This document shows positions 10,914 through 21,959 of a DNA stretch of 64,000 bases, piece by piece. Position numbers and translations under genes: made by a program. Source of the DNA: Thermodesulfobacteriota bacterium. Its GTDB lineage: Bacteria > Desulfobacterota > Desulfobacteria > Desulfobacterales > C00003060. The stretch is from positions 96,001-160,000 of the forward strand of contig JAXHVD010000001.1 in the NCBI GenBank assembly GCA_034189385.1. The letters run 5' to 3'. Under the pieces are notes generated by a model. It was not told the origin of the DNA, did no database searches, and saw only the letters and a list, made by a program, of their open reading frames with translations. Each line of letters begins with the position of its first letter. Within the stretch, counting starts at the first letter, position 1.

Positions 10914-12821
10914 ATGGAGATTACAAAGGATCTAACCATTCCCAAACTGTTTTACGCGCGGGGCAAGGCCTACGGCAAGAATAAGGTGGCCATGCGCGAG
11001 AAGGAGTTCGGCATCTGGCGGCCCATTACGTGGGCAGACTATCTGGAAAATGTCAAATACCTTGCACTGGGTCTGATTCGCCTTGGCTTAACAGATGGGG
11101 ATAAGGTGGCCATGATCGGTGACAACCGTCCCGAGGGCTTGTGGGCCGAGATGGCCACACTCTGTGCCCGGGGGGTGGGGGTTTGGCTTTTCCAGGACTG
11201 CCTCATGGAGGAGGTCAAGTATATTGTTGATCATTCCGACACAAGATTCTTGTTTGGTGAGGGGCAAGAAGAGATAGACAAGGCCATTTCTATTTTTGAT
11301 AAATGTCCCAACTTGGAAAGGATCATTTGGGACGACCCCAAAGGGATGCGAAACTACGACGAAGACTACCTCATCAGTCTCAAAGAAGTTCAAGCATTGG
11401 GCAGGGAACTCGAACAAGAGGAGCCGGGTCTTTTTGAAGAGATGGTCTATAAGGGACATGGAGATGAAGTGGCGCTACTTTTCTACACGTCAGGTACGAC
11501 GGCACTACCCAAGGGGGCCTTACTGTCTCACTATAACCTGCTTAGCATGGGAAAGAACCTCATGTCCGTCGATCCGTGTTTGGACACGGACGATTTCGTC
11601 TCATACCTTCCTTTTGCGTGGATTGGCGAGCAGATGATGTCCATTTCCTGCGGCCTTCAGATAGGATTTACTATCAATTTTCCGGAAGAACCTGAAACTG
11701 CCCAGGAGAACATCCGCGAGATAGGGCCCCATGTGATGTTTGCACCTCCCCGTCTATATGAACAGATGACGCGCACCGTGCAGGTGAAATATCTGGATGC
11801 CTCTTGGATCAAGAGGAAGTGCTACGAGTTGACGTCCAAGGTCGGCTACCATGTGGCCGACATGGAGTTCCAAAAAAAGCGGGTTCCGTGGTATTGGAAG
11901 CTACTCAAATGGCTGGCCTACATCGCCATGCAGAAAAAACTCAAGGATCACTTGGGACTCACTCGGGTGCGCAATGCCTATACTGGTGGCGCGGCCATGG
12001 GACCGGACCACTTTCGTTTCTTTCACGCCCTGGGTGTGAATCTCAAGCAAATCTATGGGCAGACCGAGATTGCGGGGATTTCCGTTGTCCACAGAACGGG
12101 GGATATCAAGTTCGACACCGTTGGTGTGCCCATTGTGGAGACGGAGGTGAAGATTACCGAGGAAGGCGAGATCATCTCAAAGAGTCCCTCTGTGTTTCTT
12201 GGCTACTACAAGAATCCTGAGGCCACCAAAGAGACCCTGAGAGACGGGTGGCTCTATTCAGGCGATAAGGGCTTTCTTGACGAGGACGGCCATCTGGTGG
12301 TCTTTGATCGCTCCAAAGATGTCATGACCCTCAAAGACGGCAGACCCTTTTCTCCCCAATACCTGGAGACGCGCCTGAAGTTCAGCCCCTATCTAAGGGA
12401 TGCGTGGGTTGTGGGAGACAATCGAGATTATGTGACAGCCGTTACCTGTATCGACTATTCCGTGGTGGGCAAGTGGGCTGACGAAAAAAAGATCACCTAT
12501 ACGACCTACCCAGAGCTTTCTCAGAAGCCCAAGGTATATGATTTGGTAGAAAAGCAGATCGCCCAGGCAAACAAGGACCTCCCTGAGGTGGCTAGGGTCA
12601 AAAAATTTATCAACCTTTACAAGGAGTTTGATCCTGACGATGATGAGCTTACAAGGACTCGGAAACTAAGGCGTGCCTTTGTAGAGAAAAGGTACGAAGA
12701 GATCGTGGAGGCCCTGTACTCTGACAAGGATGTGGTTCATATAGACACCACCATCACCTATGAAGACGGACGAAAGTCCCATATTAAGACCGATCTTCAC
12801 ATCCGACAGGTGAAGGATTGA
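10914..12821 (+). CDS. Long-chain acyl-CoA synthetase (FadD-like) embedded in the ABC operon
   Basis: YTSGTTALPKG, YGQTE, GWLYSGDKG, ELTRTRKLRR. Confidence 0.92.
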   Translation: MEITKDLTIPKLFYARGKAYGKNKVAMREKEFGIWRPITWADYLENVKYLALGLIRLGLTDGDKVAMIGDNRPEGLWAEMATLCARGVGVWLFQDCLMEEVKYIVDHSDTRFLFGEGQEEIDKAISIFDKCPNLERIIWDDPKGMRNYDEDYLISLKEVQALGRELEQEEPGLFEEMVYKGHGDEVALLFYTSGTTALPKGALLSHYNLLSMGKNLMSVDPCLDTDDFVSYLPFAWIGEQMMSISCGLQIGFTINFPEEPETAQENIREIGPHVMFAPPRLYEQMTRTVQVKYLDASWIKRKCYELTSKVGYHVADMEFQKKRVPWYWKLLKWLAYIAMQKKLKDHLGLTRVRNAYTGGAAMGPDHFRFFHALGVNLKQIYGQTEIAGISVVHRTGDIKFDTVGVPIVETEVKITEEGEIISKSPSVFLGYYKNPEATKETLRDGWLYSGDKGFLDEDGHLVVFDRSKDVMTLKDGRPFSPQYLETRLKFSPYLRDAWVVGDNRDYVTAVTCIDYSVVGKWADEKKITYTTYPELSQKPKVYDLVEKQIAQANKDLPEVARVKKFINLYKEFDPDDDELTRTRKLRRAFVEKRYEEIVEALYSDKDVVHIDTTITYEDGRKSHIKTDLHIRQVKD

Positions 12822-12904
12822 TCGATTTAGATATGGAGCTAGGGCCCATTGATTTAATTTGCCAATTCCTAAATCCCTGAATCTCGAATTTAGGAGAAGA
12901 TCCC

Positions 12905-13789
12905 ATGGAACTGTTCTTGATGACGTTGACAACAGGCGTTATGGTGGGGGGCATATACGCCCTCATAGCCCTCGGATGGGTGTTGATATACAAATGCTCG
13001 GGTGTGCTGAATCTGGCCATGGGAGAACTGACCCTTATCGGGGCCTATGTTTCCATGAGCTTTTACTCTATGGGCATCCCTTTTCTTCTTTCCCTCCTCT
13101 TTTCTCTGATCATCGGATTTGTCCTGGGGGTCCTGACAGAGAGGATCTTCCTGGACCGACTTATTGGAGAGCCCATCCTGGCAGTCATCATGGTTACCGT
13201 GGGGCTTTCCTTTTTCTTTCGGGGGGTTGTAGAGTTTATTTGGGGTACCGATACGCGGGTATTCACCCCGCCGGTCTTTTCGTTGGAACCGATTCACATT
13301 GGAACCTTGGTTATCGGTCGGGTCTATCTGTGGAGCTTTTTGGCAGCCCTTGTTCTGTTATGTGCCTTCGTGTGTTTCTTTCAGTACACCCGCTGGGGCC
13401 TTGCCATGCAGGCCACGGCTGATGACGAAATGGCGGCCCTTTCCCTTGGGGTGAGCGCGCGCTTTGTTTATGCTACGGCCTGGGCCATAGCCTTCATGGC
13501 GGCCGGCGTAGGGGGCACTCTGTTGGGAAACATCAACGGGCTAAATATCTCCGTGGGCTACCTTGGACTCTTGGTGCTGCCGGCCGTGGTCCTGGGAGGG
13601 CTCAATTCCGTGCCTGGAGCCATCATGGGGGGGATTATCATCGGCGTGTTACAGAATATGTGCGGGGCCTACCTGGACAGGTTTTTCCCTGGTGGCGTGA
13701 AAGAGGTTGCCCCCTTTGCCTTTATGGCCATTTTTTTACTCTTCAAACCCTATGGGCTTTGGGGCTGGGAGAGAATCGAAAGGGTATAA
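12905..13789 (+). CDS. ABC transporter permease, LivH-like
   Basis: G.IYALIALG..LIY...GVLNLA.GE motif; polytopic hydrophobic profile. Confidence 0.92.
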   Translation: MELFLMTLTTGVMVGGIYALIALGWVLIYKCSGVLNLAMGELTLIGAYVSMSFYSMGIPFLLSLLFSLIIGFVLGVLTERIFLDRLIGEPILAVIMVTVGLSFFFRGVVEFIWGTDTRVFTPPVFSLEPIHIGTLVIGRVYLWSFLAALVLLCAFVCFFQYTRWGLAMQATADDEMAALSLGVSARFVYATAWAIAFMAAGVGGTLLGNINGLNISVGYLGLLVLPAVVLGGLNSVPGAIMGGIIIGVLQNMCGAYLDRFFPGGVKEVAPFAFMAIFLLFKPYGLWGWERIERV

Positions 13790-13796
13790 TAGAGCC

Positions 13797-13966
13797 AAGT
13801 GCCTAAAGTGAACTAAAGTGCCTAAAGTGAGCTGAAGTTGCACTTGATGACTGCGTCATGAGCAAAGCAGCAGTCATCTCAGGCATGGCATGAACGTTGT
13901 GAGACTTCAGCTTATCCGTTGATGAATTGTTTCAACTTCAGGCATTTTAGCTCACTCTAGTCACTT
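13797..13966. repeat. Intergenic element bounded by inverted arrays of 9-10 bp AAGTG..CTA units, copy 2
   Basis: Left arm 13797-13840: aagtgccta aagtgaacta aagtgccta aagtgagctg aagttg. Right arm 13933-13966: caactt caggcattt tagctcactc tagtcactt. Confidence 0.85.
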
Positions 13967-13983
13967 AGAACGGAGTCGATCCT

Positions 13984-15084
13984 ATGTCCACAACATTTCT
14001 TCCTTGCGGCGTATACCACGAAGACTACAGGCAAGATCATGCCTGGTGGCAGACGAAGTTTGTCAGGGGGAAGATGGTTTTACTCTTTTTCGTTCTATTT
14101 TTGGGCATCCCCCTGTTTGCGGACGAGTATTGGATAAGCGTTTGTAATCAGGTTGGCTACACCATCTTGGGGGCTTTGGGCGTGCAGCTTCTGATCGGCT
14201 ATTGCGGACAAATAACCCTCGGCCATGCGGCGTTCCTTGCCGTGGGCGCCTATACCAGCACCTTGCTTATCTTGGAATTTCCCTGGCCTAATTTCCTGGT
14301 GGATTGGGGGATCGCCTATCCAATGAGTATTGTCATTGCTGCTGTGGTGGCAGGCATCTGGAGTGTACTCTTTGGTCTTCCATCGGCCAAGGTAAAGGGG
14401 TTTTATTTGATCTTAACGACCATGGCAGCTCAGTTCATTACCGTGGATTTCATCCTCACCCAGTATGTGAGCCAGATCGGCGGTCGGGGTCAGGCCTTTT
14501 CACTGCCTCCAGGGACTATCAAGGTTGGCCCTTGGGTCATTGATAGCGCCCTCAAGATCTATTTCATGATGATTGTCTTGGTGATCGGGTGTGTCATCGG
14601 CCTATCCAACCTGCTGAGGTCCAGGGTAGGCAGGGCTTGGGTGGCCATCAGGGACAATGATATTTCCGCCGAGGTCATGGGAATCAACGTGGTGAAATAC
14701 AAACTCCTTGCCTTTTTTGTAGCCGGTTTTGTGGGCGGCATTGCTGGGGCCTTTTGGATCAGCAATCTGGCAGCTATCAGCCCTGAGCATTTTCCCTGGT
14801 TCTGGTCCCTGTGGTTGGTGGGAGTCATTCTCATAGGGGGCGTGGGTTCCATGCACGGGACGATCTTCGGTTCCCTGTTCATGGTGGTCGTCATGGAGGT
14901 GTTGCAACTGGCCATCATACCCCTTGCCGACACCTACCCGAAGTTGCTGATGGATTTCTTGTTTATCAAGGAGTCTGCGTTCGGGCTGGCTATCTGTGCT
15001 TTTCTGATTTTTGAGCCGAACGGATTAGCCTATCGTTGGTGGCAGATTAAAAACTATTTCAATCTTTGGCCATTCTCATATTAG
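13984..15084 (+). CDS. ABC transporter permease, LivM-like
   Basis: GYCGQITLGHAAFLAVGAY, GRAWVAIRDN, IGGVGS..G.IFG. Confidence 0.92.
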   Translation: MSTTFLPCGVYHEDYRQDHAWWQTKFVRGKMVLLFFVLFLGIPLFADEYWISVCNQVGYTILGALGVQLLIGYCGQITLGHAAFLAVGAYTSTLLILEFPWPNFLVDWGIAYPMSIVIAAVVAGIWSVLFGLPSAKVKGFYLILTTMAAQFITVDFILTQYVSQIGGRGQAFSLPPGTIKVGPWVIDSALKIYFMMIVLVIGCVIGLSNLLRSRVGRAWVAIRDNDISAEVMGINVVKYKLLAFFVAGFVGGIAGAFWISNLAAISPEHFPWFWSLWLVGVILIGGVGSMHGTIFGSLFMVVVMEVLQLAIIPLADTYPKLLMDFLFIKESAFGLAICAFLIFEPNGLAYRWWQIKNYFNLWPFSY

Positions 15085-15164
15085 ACATAGAAAGGGGGGA
15101 AGACAGATCACTTAGGTCGTGGTTCGCGTTTGAAGAGTCTCTATTCTATGAAGGAGGAGAGGAA

Positions 15165-16415
15165 ATGATGAGCACGAAGAGTCTATTGTCCAAATTTTTG
15201 GTGCCGTTGTTCTCGCTGGCGATATTGGTGGGATTTGTGGTGCCCGGCGGGGCCGAAACCATCAATGTCGGTGCCTTGAATGACATGACGGGGGCCACCT
15301 CTGACGTTGGCAAGGATTATGCTCTAGGCATCGCAGAGGCGATTCATTATGTCAATGACACCGGAGGGATCAATGGTAAACAGATCAAGCTGTATCAATT
15401 TGATTATGGCTACCGTGTGCCAGAGGCATTGACCAAATACAATCTTTTTAAACGGCTTAAGTGTGTGGCCGTTCTCGGATGGGGCACCGGCGACACTGAG
15501 GCCCTTTCCCCCACCATTACTAAGGACAAGATACCCTATGTGTCGGCCTCCTATTCAGGCCACCTGACAGATCCCAAAAAGACTCCCTATAATCTCTTCT
15601 TTGCCACCGACTATTCCACCAATGCCAGGGCTGCAATCACGGCTTGGTTTGACAAGCGGTGGCCAAAACATAAGGACTACGGAAAAAGGACACCCCGATT
15701 TGCCTGCTCTTACATGTTTGCGTCGCCCTACTGCAGTGCCCCCATAAAGGCAATAAAGGATCAAGCGACGATCTTGGGGTTTGAAATTGGTTCGGATCAG
15801 GATGTGTCCCTTTTTGCAATTGATACCAAGAGCCAGGTCTTGGCATTAAAGGAATTTAAGCCTGATGTGGTCTGGCACGGAAACACGACCATGTCTGTGG
15901 CCGCCACCTTAAGGGATGCCTATGCCATGGGCCTTGGCGCAGATCACATCATCAACAACTGGGGCTTTGATGAGAATCTACCCCGATTGGCAGGTGAGGC
16001 AGCCGAAGGGGCCATGGGGGCTGCTGTGTGTGCCTTCTTCGGAGAAGACGTGCCTGAAATGGACAAAGTGCTAGAATATGCCAAGAAGTACAACCCCGGT
16101 GTTCCAGCAGAAAAGCGCCTTATTCGAACAGTCCAGGGCTGGGGGGCCGTCAAGATCCTGGCGGAGGCATTGAAGAGGGCTGACAAGGCCGGCGATCTGA
16201 GCGGCGAGAGCATCTTGAAGAATGGGTTTGAGACCATGAAAGATTTTGATATCGGCCTGGGCGCACCACCTGTTACCTTTACGTCCACTGATCACCGAGT
16301 AGCGGGCAAGGCGCCCATCTACGAATGGAAAGATGGAAAATTCAGCGTGGTGGAGTTGGTTGATTTAAAGGGCCGCTGGCCGGAAAAGTGGGCCAACGAG
16401 TGGATCGGCTGGTAG
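15165..16415 (+). CDS. ABC transporter periplasmic substrate-binding protein (LivK/PBP type 1 fold)
   Basis: Signal peptide, then INVGALNDMTGATSDVG...GGINGKQI. ATG 15165 follows AAGGAGG. Confidence 0.9.
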   Translation: MMSTKSLLSKFLVPLFSLAILVGFVVPGGAETINVGALNDMTGATSDVGKDYALGIAEAIHYVNDTGGINGKQIKLYQFDYGYRVPEALTKYNLFKRLKCVAVLGWGTGDTEALSPTITKDKIPYVSASYSGHLTDPKKTPYNLFFATDYSTNARAAITAWFDKRWPKHKDYGKRTPRFACSYMFASPYCSAPIKAIKDQATILGFEIGSDQDVSLFAIDTKSQVLALKEFKPDVVWHGNTTMSVAATLRDAYAMGLGADHIINNWGFDENLPRLAGEAAEGAMGAAVCAFFGEDVPEMDKVLEYAKKYNPGVPAEKRLIRTVQGWGAVKILAEALKRADKAGDLSGESILKNGFETMKDFDIGLGAPPVTFTSTDHRVAGKAPIYEWKDGKFSVVELVDLKGRWPEKWANEWIGW

Positions 16416-16443
16416 CGCCCAAGGCCCATAGGAGGTTCCAGGC

Positions 16444-17256
16444 TTGTCAGTAGAAAGTCCTATCTTAAAGATCAACAGCATAGAAGTAAAATACCACGAG
16501 GTGATCTTGGTCCTCAAAGGCGTCTCCATCCAGGTCCCTAAGGGCGGTATTGTGGCCCTCCTCGGGGCCAATGGGGCTGGCAAGAGTACCACCCTGAAAG
16601 CGGTCTCTGGTCTGCTGAAGCACGAGGACGGGGAGGTTACTGATGGTTCTATTGAGTTCCTGGATCAGCGCGTCGACAGGCTGGGCGCCGAGAAGATTGC
16701 CAAGATGGGCATTGTCCAGGTAATTGAAGGACGCAGGGTCTTTGAGCATCTCACGGTGGAACAGAACCTGAAGGTGGGGGCGCACCTGAGGAGAGACGGC
16801 AGGTCCGTCAAAGAGGGCCTCGAGATGGTGTACAACTACTTCCCAAGGCTGAGAGAGAAACGTAATGAAATCGCTGGGTTTGTCAGTGGTGGGGAACAAC
16901 AGATGACAGTCGTTGGACGTGCCCTCATGGCGAATCCCAAGCTGATTCTTCTTGATGAACCGTCTATGGGGCTTGCTCCGCTGCTTATCCATGAGATCTT
17001 CAATATCATTACACGGCTGAATCGAGAGGAGAATATCTCAATCCTCTTGGTGGAACAAAACGCCAAGCTTGCCCTTAGTGTGGCTCCTTATGCCTACGTG
17101 ATGGAGAACGGTCGCATTGTCATGGACGACACAGCGGAGAAGCTTCGGGAAAACCCAGACATTAAGGACTTCTATTTGGGCCTTACCGATGTTGGAGGGA
17201 GAAAGAGCTTTCGTGACGTAAAACACTACAAGCGAAGAAAACGGTGGCTTACGTAA
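16444..17256 (+). CDS. ABC transporter ATP-binding protein, LivF-like
   Basis: GANGAGKST, EGRRVF, SGGEQQM, LDEPSMGLAP, VEQN. Confidence 0.93.
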   Translation: MSVESPILKINSIEVKYHEVILVLKGVSIQVPKGGIVALLGANGAGKSTTLKAVSGLLKHEDGEVTDGSIEFLDQRVDRLGAEKIAKMGIVQVIEGRRVFEHLTVEQNLKVGAHLRRDGRSVKEGLEMVYNYFPRLREKRNEIAGFVSGGEQQMTVVGRALMANPKLILLDEPSMGLAPLLIHEIFNIITRLNREENISILLVEQNAKLALSVAPYAYVMENGRIVMDDTAEKLRENPDIKDFYLGLTDVGGRKSFRDVKHYKRRKRWLT

Positions 17257-17284
17257 CCCTTGAATCGAAGTAGGGAGGTCAAAT

Positions 17285-17929
17285 ATGTGCAGGAGAACAG
17301 TCATACTCGCAGGCTTTTTTGTTATTGTTTTCAGCATGCTTCTGTTGGGGTGTGGGAATGGATCAGCGCCGACTGAGCAGAAAGCGTCTGTGGAAGGGCC
17401 AACGGAACAGAGTTTTGTCCCACCGGTGGTGAGTCTGAATTCTGTGGAAGTAGCTCATTACTGGGGTTGGTATTACTTTTCCAACAAAGTGGAGCCGACC
17501 AAAGGGAAGGCCGGAAAATATGGAGCCCCCCTGGATCTGGCTTTCATATTTAATATTAAGAACCCCAATGCCTATCCCGTCATGATGGAGGATCTCAAAT
17601 TCACAGTGGCCTTTGAGGAGTTTGATCTCAACACGGTGAGCTCTAATGAGGTCCAGTGGATCCCTGCAGGTAAGACCAACCAATTGCGGGTCCATGCCAT
17701 GTTCGACGGGCAGCAGTCTTTGTTAAGCCTTCTTGTTACCGGAGGCTTTAAGTTGGAGGAAAAGGGGATGGGTGCAGGCCCAGGGGCGGCCCTTAAGCAA
17801 TTGGAAACGTGGTGGACGGGCATCCCCGAGTTTTCTTTCCCTGTCCATGTGAAGGAGGGTTCTGCCGTCTTTAAGGCCGATAGCTTGACAAAGGTGGCCA
17901 CCTTTGGCGGGACGTTTCCGCCACAATAG
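17285..17929 (+). CDS. Lipoprotein, probable LEA_2/WHy-like beta-sandwich
   Basis: Lipobox LLGC; FNIKNPNAYPV...L.FTV resembles the WHy NPN motif; GGAGG SD upstream. Confidence 0.65.
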   Translation: MCRRTVILAGFFVIVFSMLLLGCGNGSAPTEQKASVEGPTEQSFVPPVVSLNSVEVAHYWGWYYFSNKVEPTKGKAGKYGAPLDLAFIFNIKNPNAYPVMMEDLKFTVAFEEFDLNTVSSNEVQWIPAGKTNQLRVHAMFDGQQSLLSLLVTGGFKLEEKGMGAGPGAALKQLETWWTGIPEFSFPVHVKEGSAVFKADSLTKVATFGGTFPPQ

Positions 17930-18266
17930 TGGGTCAAGGCGTGGGCATCCCCAGATGTGGCAGGGCTGACACAGGACACGGATGAGAGAGGGGTCGCCTA
18001 CTGCAAAATATAGCGGTGATTGCCGGAAGAATCGATATCTGTTGATTCTTCCGGCTTCACGCCTTCGGCGCAGCTGCCATGCTGCCTGCAAGGCATGGTG
18101 TTGTTAGGATCTCAATGACGAGATTCTTCGAACAAGACGACGGTCCCGTGTCAATTCTTGCGCCACGGCAAGATGCCGAGTGTAAGAGGATATTTTCAGA
18201 CACGAGGCACGTGACGAAGAGTGCAACCGAGGGATTGTTGTCTGCGCTTTTTGGAGATCGGTAACC

Positions 18267-19553
18267 ATGACATCAAGAAGTGAACGCACAACCGGGTACT
18301 ATAACGGATCGTTTGAAGCCCTCTCTGTAGAAGAAAGAGTAGCATACCAGAGCGTGGAACTTCAGAAGATCGTGCGACATGCCTATGAGAATGCCCCGGC
18401 TATCCGGAGAAAGTTTGACCATAGCCAGGTAAAACCCGATGACGTGAAAAGCCTGAAGGACCTTGAAAGGCTTCCCATTACCCACAAGCATGAACTGGTG
18501 TCGCTGCAGGAAGAAAGCCCTCCCTTTGGCGGCTTTTTGGGTGTACCGAAGGAGCGCCTCAAAAGGATCTGTATGTCTCCAGGTCCTATCTATGAGCCCG
18601 AAGATATAGACAGCAAGAATGATCGTTGGACTCAGGCCTTTTTTGCAGCGGGATTTAGGAAAGGGGACATCGGCCAGATTACTTTTAGTTACCACCTCGT
18701 ACCTCCAGCCTTCTGGTTTGAAGATTCCCTTCATAGGTTGGGGTGCATTGCAACACCGGGCGGTGTAGGAAATACTGAACTCCAAGTGCGGATGATGCAC
18801 GATCTGAAGGTAACAGGATATATTGGCACTCCCAGCTTTCTCGGCAACATCTCCGAAAAGGCTCAAGAGGTGGGCTATGACTTGCAGCGGGACCTTTACC
18901 TGGAGGTGGGTTTTGTGGCAGGGGAAATGCTACCCGAATCGCTCCGCGATGAGTTGGAGCAGAGTTTTGGCATGATTTTAAGGCAGGGATACGGCACGGC
19001 TGATGTTGGCTGTCTTGGCTATGAGTGTTTTCACAAGAACGGTATGCATTTTCCTTACAACTGCATTGTGGAGATCGTAGATCCTGACACCGGTAAGCAG
19101 CTTGGCCCTGGCGAGACAGGAGAGATCGTGGCGACTGTTTTTGATGAAGCCTACCCCATGATCCGTTTCGGCACCGGGGACCTTTCGTATTTCACGGAAG
19201 AACCCTGTCCCTGTGGCCGCTCAACACCTCGCTTGGTAAAAATCCTGGGACGCCTGGACCAGGTCACAAAGGTCAAGGGGATGTTCATCCATCCAGGCAA
19301 TGCCGAGGAAGTGGCGAACAAGTTTCCTGAGATTGATCACTGGCAGGTAGTGGTCACCCGCGAGGGCCATGTAGACCAGATGACCTTCTGCATTGAACTC
19401 AAAGAAGATGGTGAAGCTTCTGAAGGGCTTGCCGAACGTATTGAGGCGGCCATCCCGACGAGCATGCGCGTTCGGGGCAAAGTGAAATTCCTTGCCCCCG
19501 GAACGCTGCCAAAGGACTGCAAGAAGGTAGACGACCAAAGGAAGTGGGATTAG
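18267..19553 (+). CDS. Phenylacetate--CoA ligase family (PaaK-like) adenylating enzyme
   Basis: DLERLPITHK, GTPSFL, YGTADVG, RFGTGDLS, CPCGRS.PRL..ILGR.D....VKG.FIHP. Confidence 0.88.
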   Translation: MTSRSERTTGYYNGSFEALSVEERVAYQSVELQKIVRHAYENAPAIRRKFDHSQVKPDDVKSLKDLERLPITHKHELVSLQEESPPFGGFLGVPKERLKRICMSPGPIYEPEDIDSKNDRWTQAFFAAGFRKGDIGQITFSYHLVPPAFWFEDSLHRLGCIATPGGVGNTELQVRMMHDLKVTGYIGTPSFLGNISEKAQEVGYDLQRDLYLEVGFVAGEMLPESLRDELEQSFGMILRQGYGTADVGCLGYECFHKNGMHFPYNCIVEIVDPDTGKQLGPGETGEIVATVFDEAYPMIRFGTGDLSYFTEEPCPCGRSTPRLVKILGRLDQVTKVKGMFIHPGNAEEVANKFPEIDHWQVVVTREGHVDQMTFCIELKEDGEASEGLAERIEAAIPTSMRVRGKVKFLAPGTLPKDCKKVDDQRKWD

Positions 19554-19559
19554 CGACCC

Positions 19560-20033
19560 CTATCTCTCTAAACATTGTTGCGCCCTCACAAGGGCGGCAT
19601 GGCCATGCTCCCACTTGGATGGCAATGCCTCCTGTGCATGTCTAATGAGTTTATCGTAGTTCTCCACCATCTTCAGGCTGATTTCCTTCATGTCATGGTC
19701 TCCGTATTCAGCCTTCCTTCTATATCTGTCTCTTTTCTCCTGGTTCTCCATCAAGGCCCCACAGTTCTTCACGCCCAAATCGTACCAGTAATAGGCTCTC
19801 TTCGTGGCAGCACGGAAGCAATCCTTTCTGACATCTCCTCTCTGGAGCCTGTCGATTTGAATCTTTGCCTTGCCCAACAATAGTGCCAATTCTTCCTGTG
19901 AGGCTCCGTCCTCTATGGCTGCCTTCACTCTGCCCAAGGCCTCCAAGACGTCCTGATCGCCGCTTGTTGCCACAGAAAAAGACAGGGCGACGATTATTAC
20001 TACCAGTATGTTCATCCTGCAAAGCTGTCTCAT
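19560..20033 (-). CDS. Hypothetical exported helical protein
   Basis: 157-aa ORF with an N-terminal hydrophobic segment and a GAGGA SD; no family recognised. Confidence 0.6.
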   Translation of the reverse strand: MRQLCRMNILVVIIVALSFSVATSGDQDVLEALGRVKAAIEDGASQEELALLLGKAKIQIDRLQRGDVRKDCFRAATKRAYYWYDLGVKNCGALMENQEKRDRYRRKAEYGDHDMKEISLKMVENYDKLIRHAQEALPSKWEHGHAALVRAQQCLER

Positions 20034-20073
20034 GCTGTATCCTCAAAAATATGTATTCTCCCAGTTGATAAAA

Positions 20074-20192
20074 AGGGTTCCAGGAATCAAGGGCTCAAGC
20101 GGTTTCGGCCTGCCGCCCACATCCCTTTTCCATAAACTCCCCAATCCAAAGGCGGTTCACTCGACCCCTAAACGCCTGATCCCTAAAATCCT
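20074..20192. repeat. Intergenic element bounded by inverted arrays of ~8 bp AGG(G/A)NTCN units
   Basis: Left arm: agggttcc aggaatca agggctca. Right arm: cgacccct aaacgcct gatccct aaaatcct. Internal ccgcc...ggcgg stem. Confidence 0.6.
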
Positions 20193-20255
20193 TATGATCG
20201 GACTTTTTTTGAACCGAATAAGCGAGGGCAATACGAAAATGAAATACTAAACTCC

Positions 20256-21959
<1,704 letters not shown>

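Noticed and set aside
13797..13840. Tandem units as a CRISPR array
   Set aside because: Units are 9-10 bp with no spacers, and no cas genes are present.
17930..18266. Small ORFs or an ncRNA between the lipoprotein and PaaK-like genes
   Set aside because: Only one clear hairpin (gccggaagaatc...gattcttccggc) and REP-like fragments; the ORFs lack SD sites and motifs.
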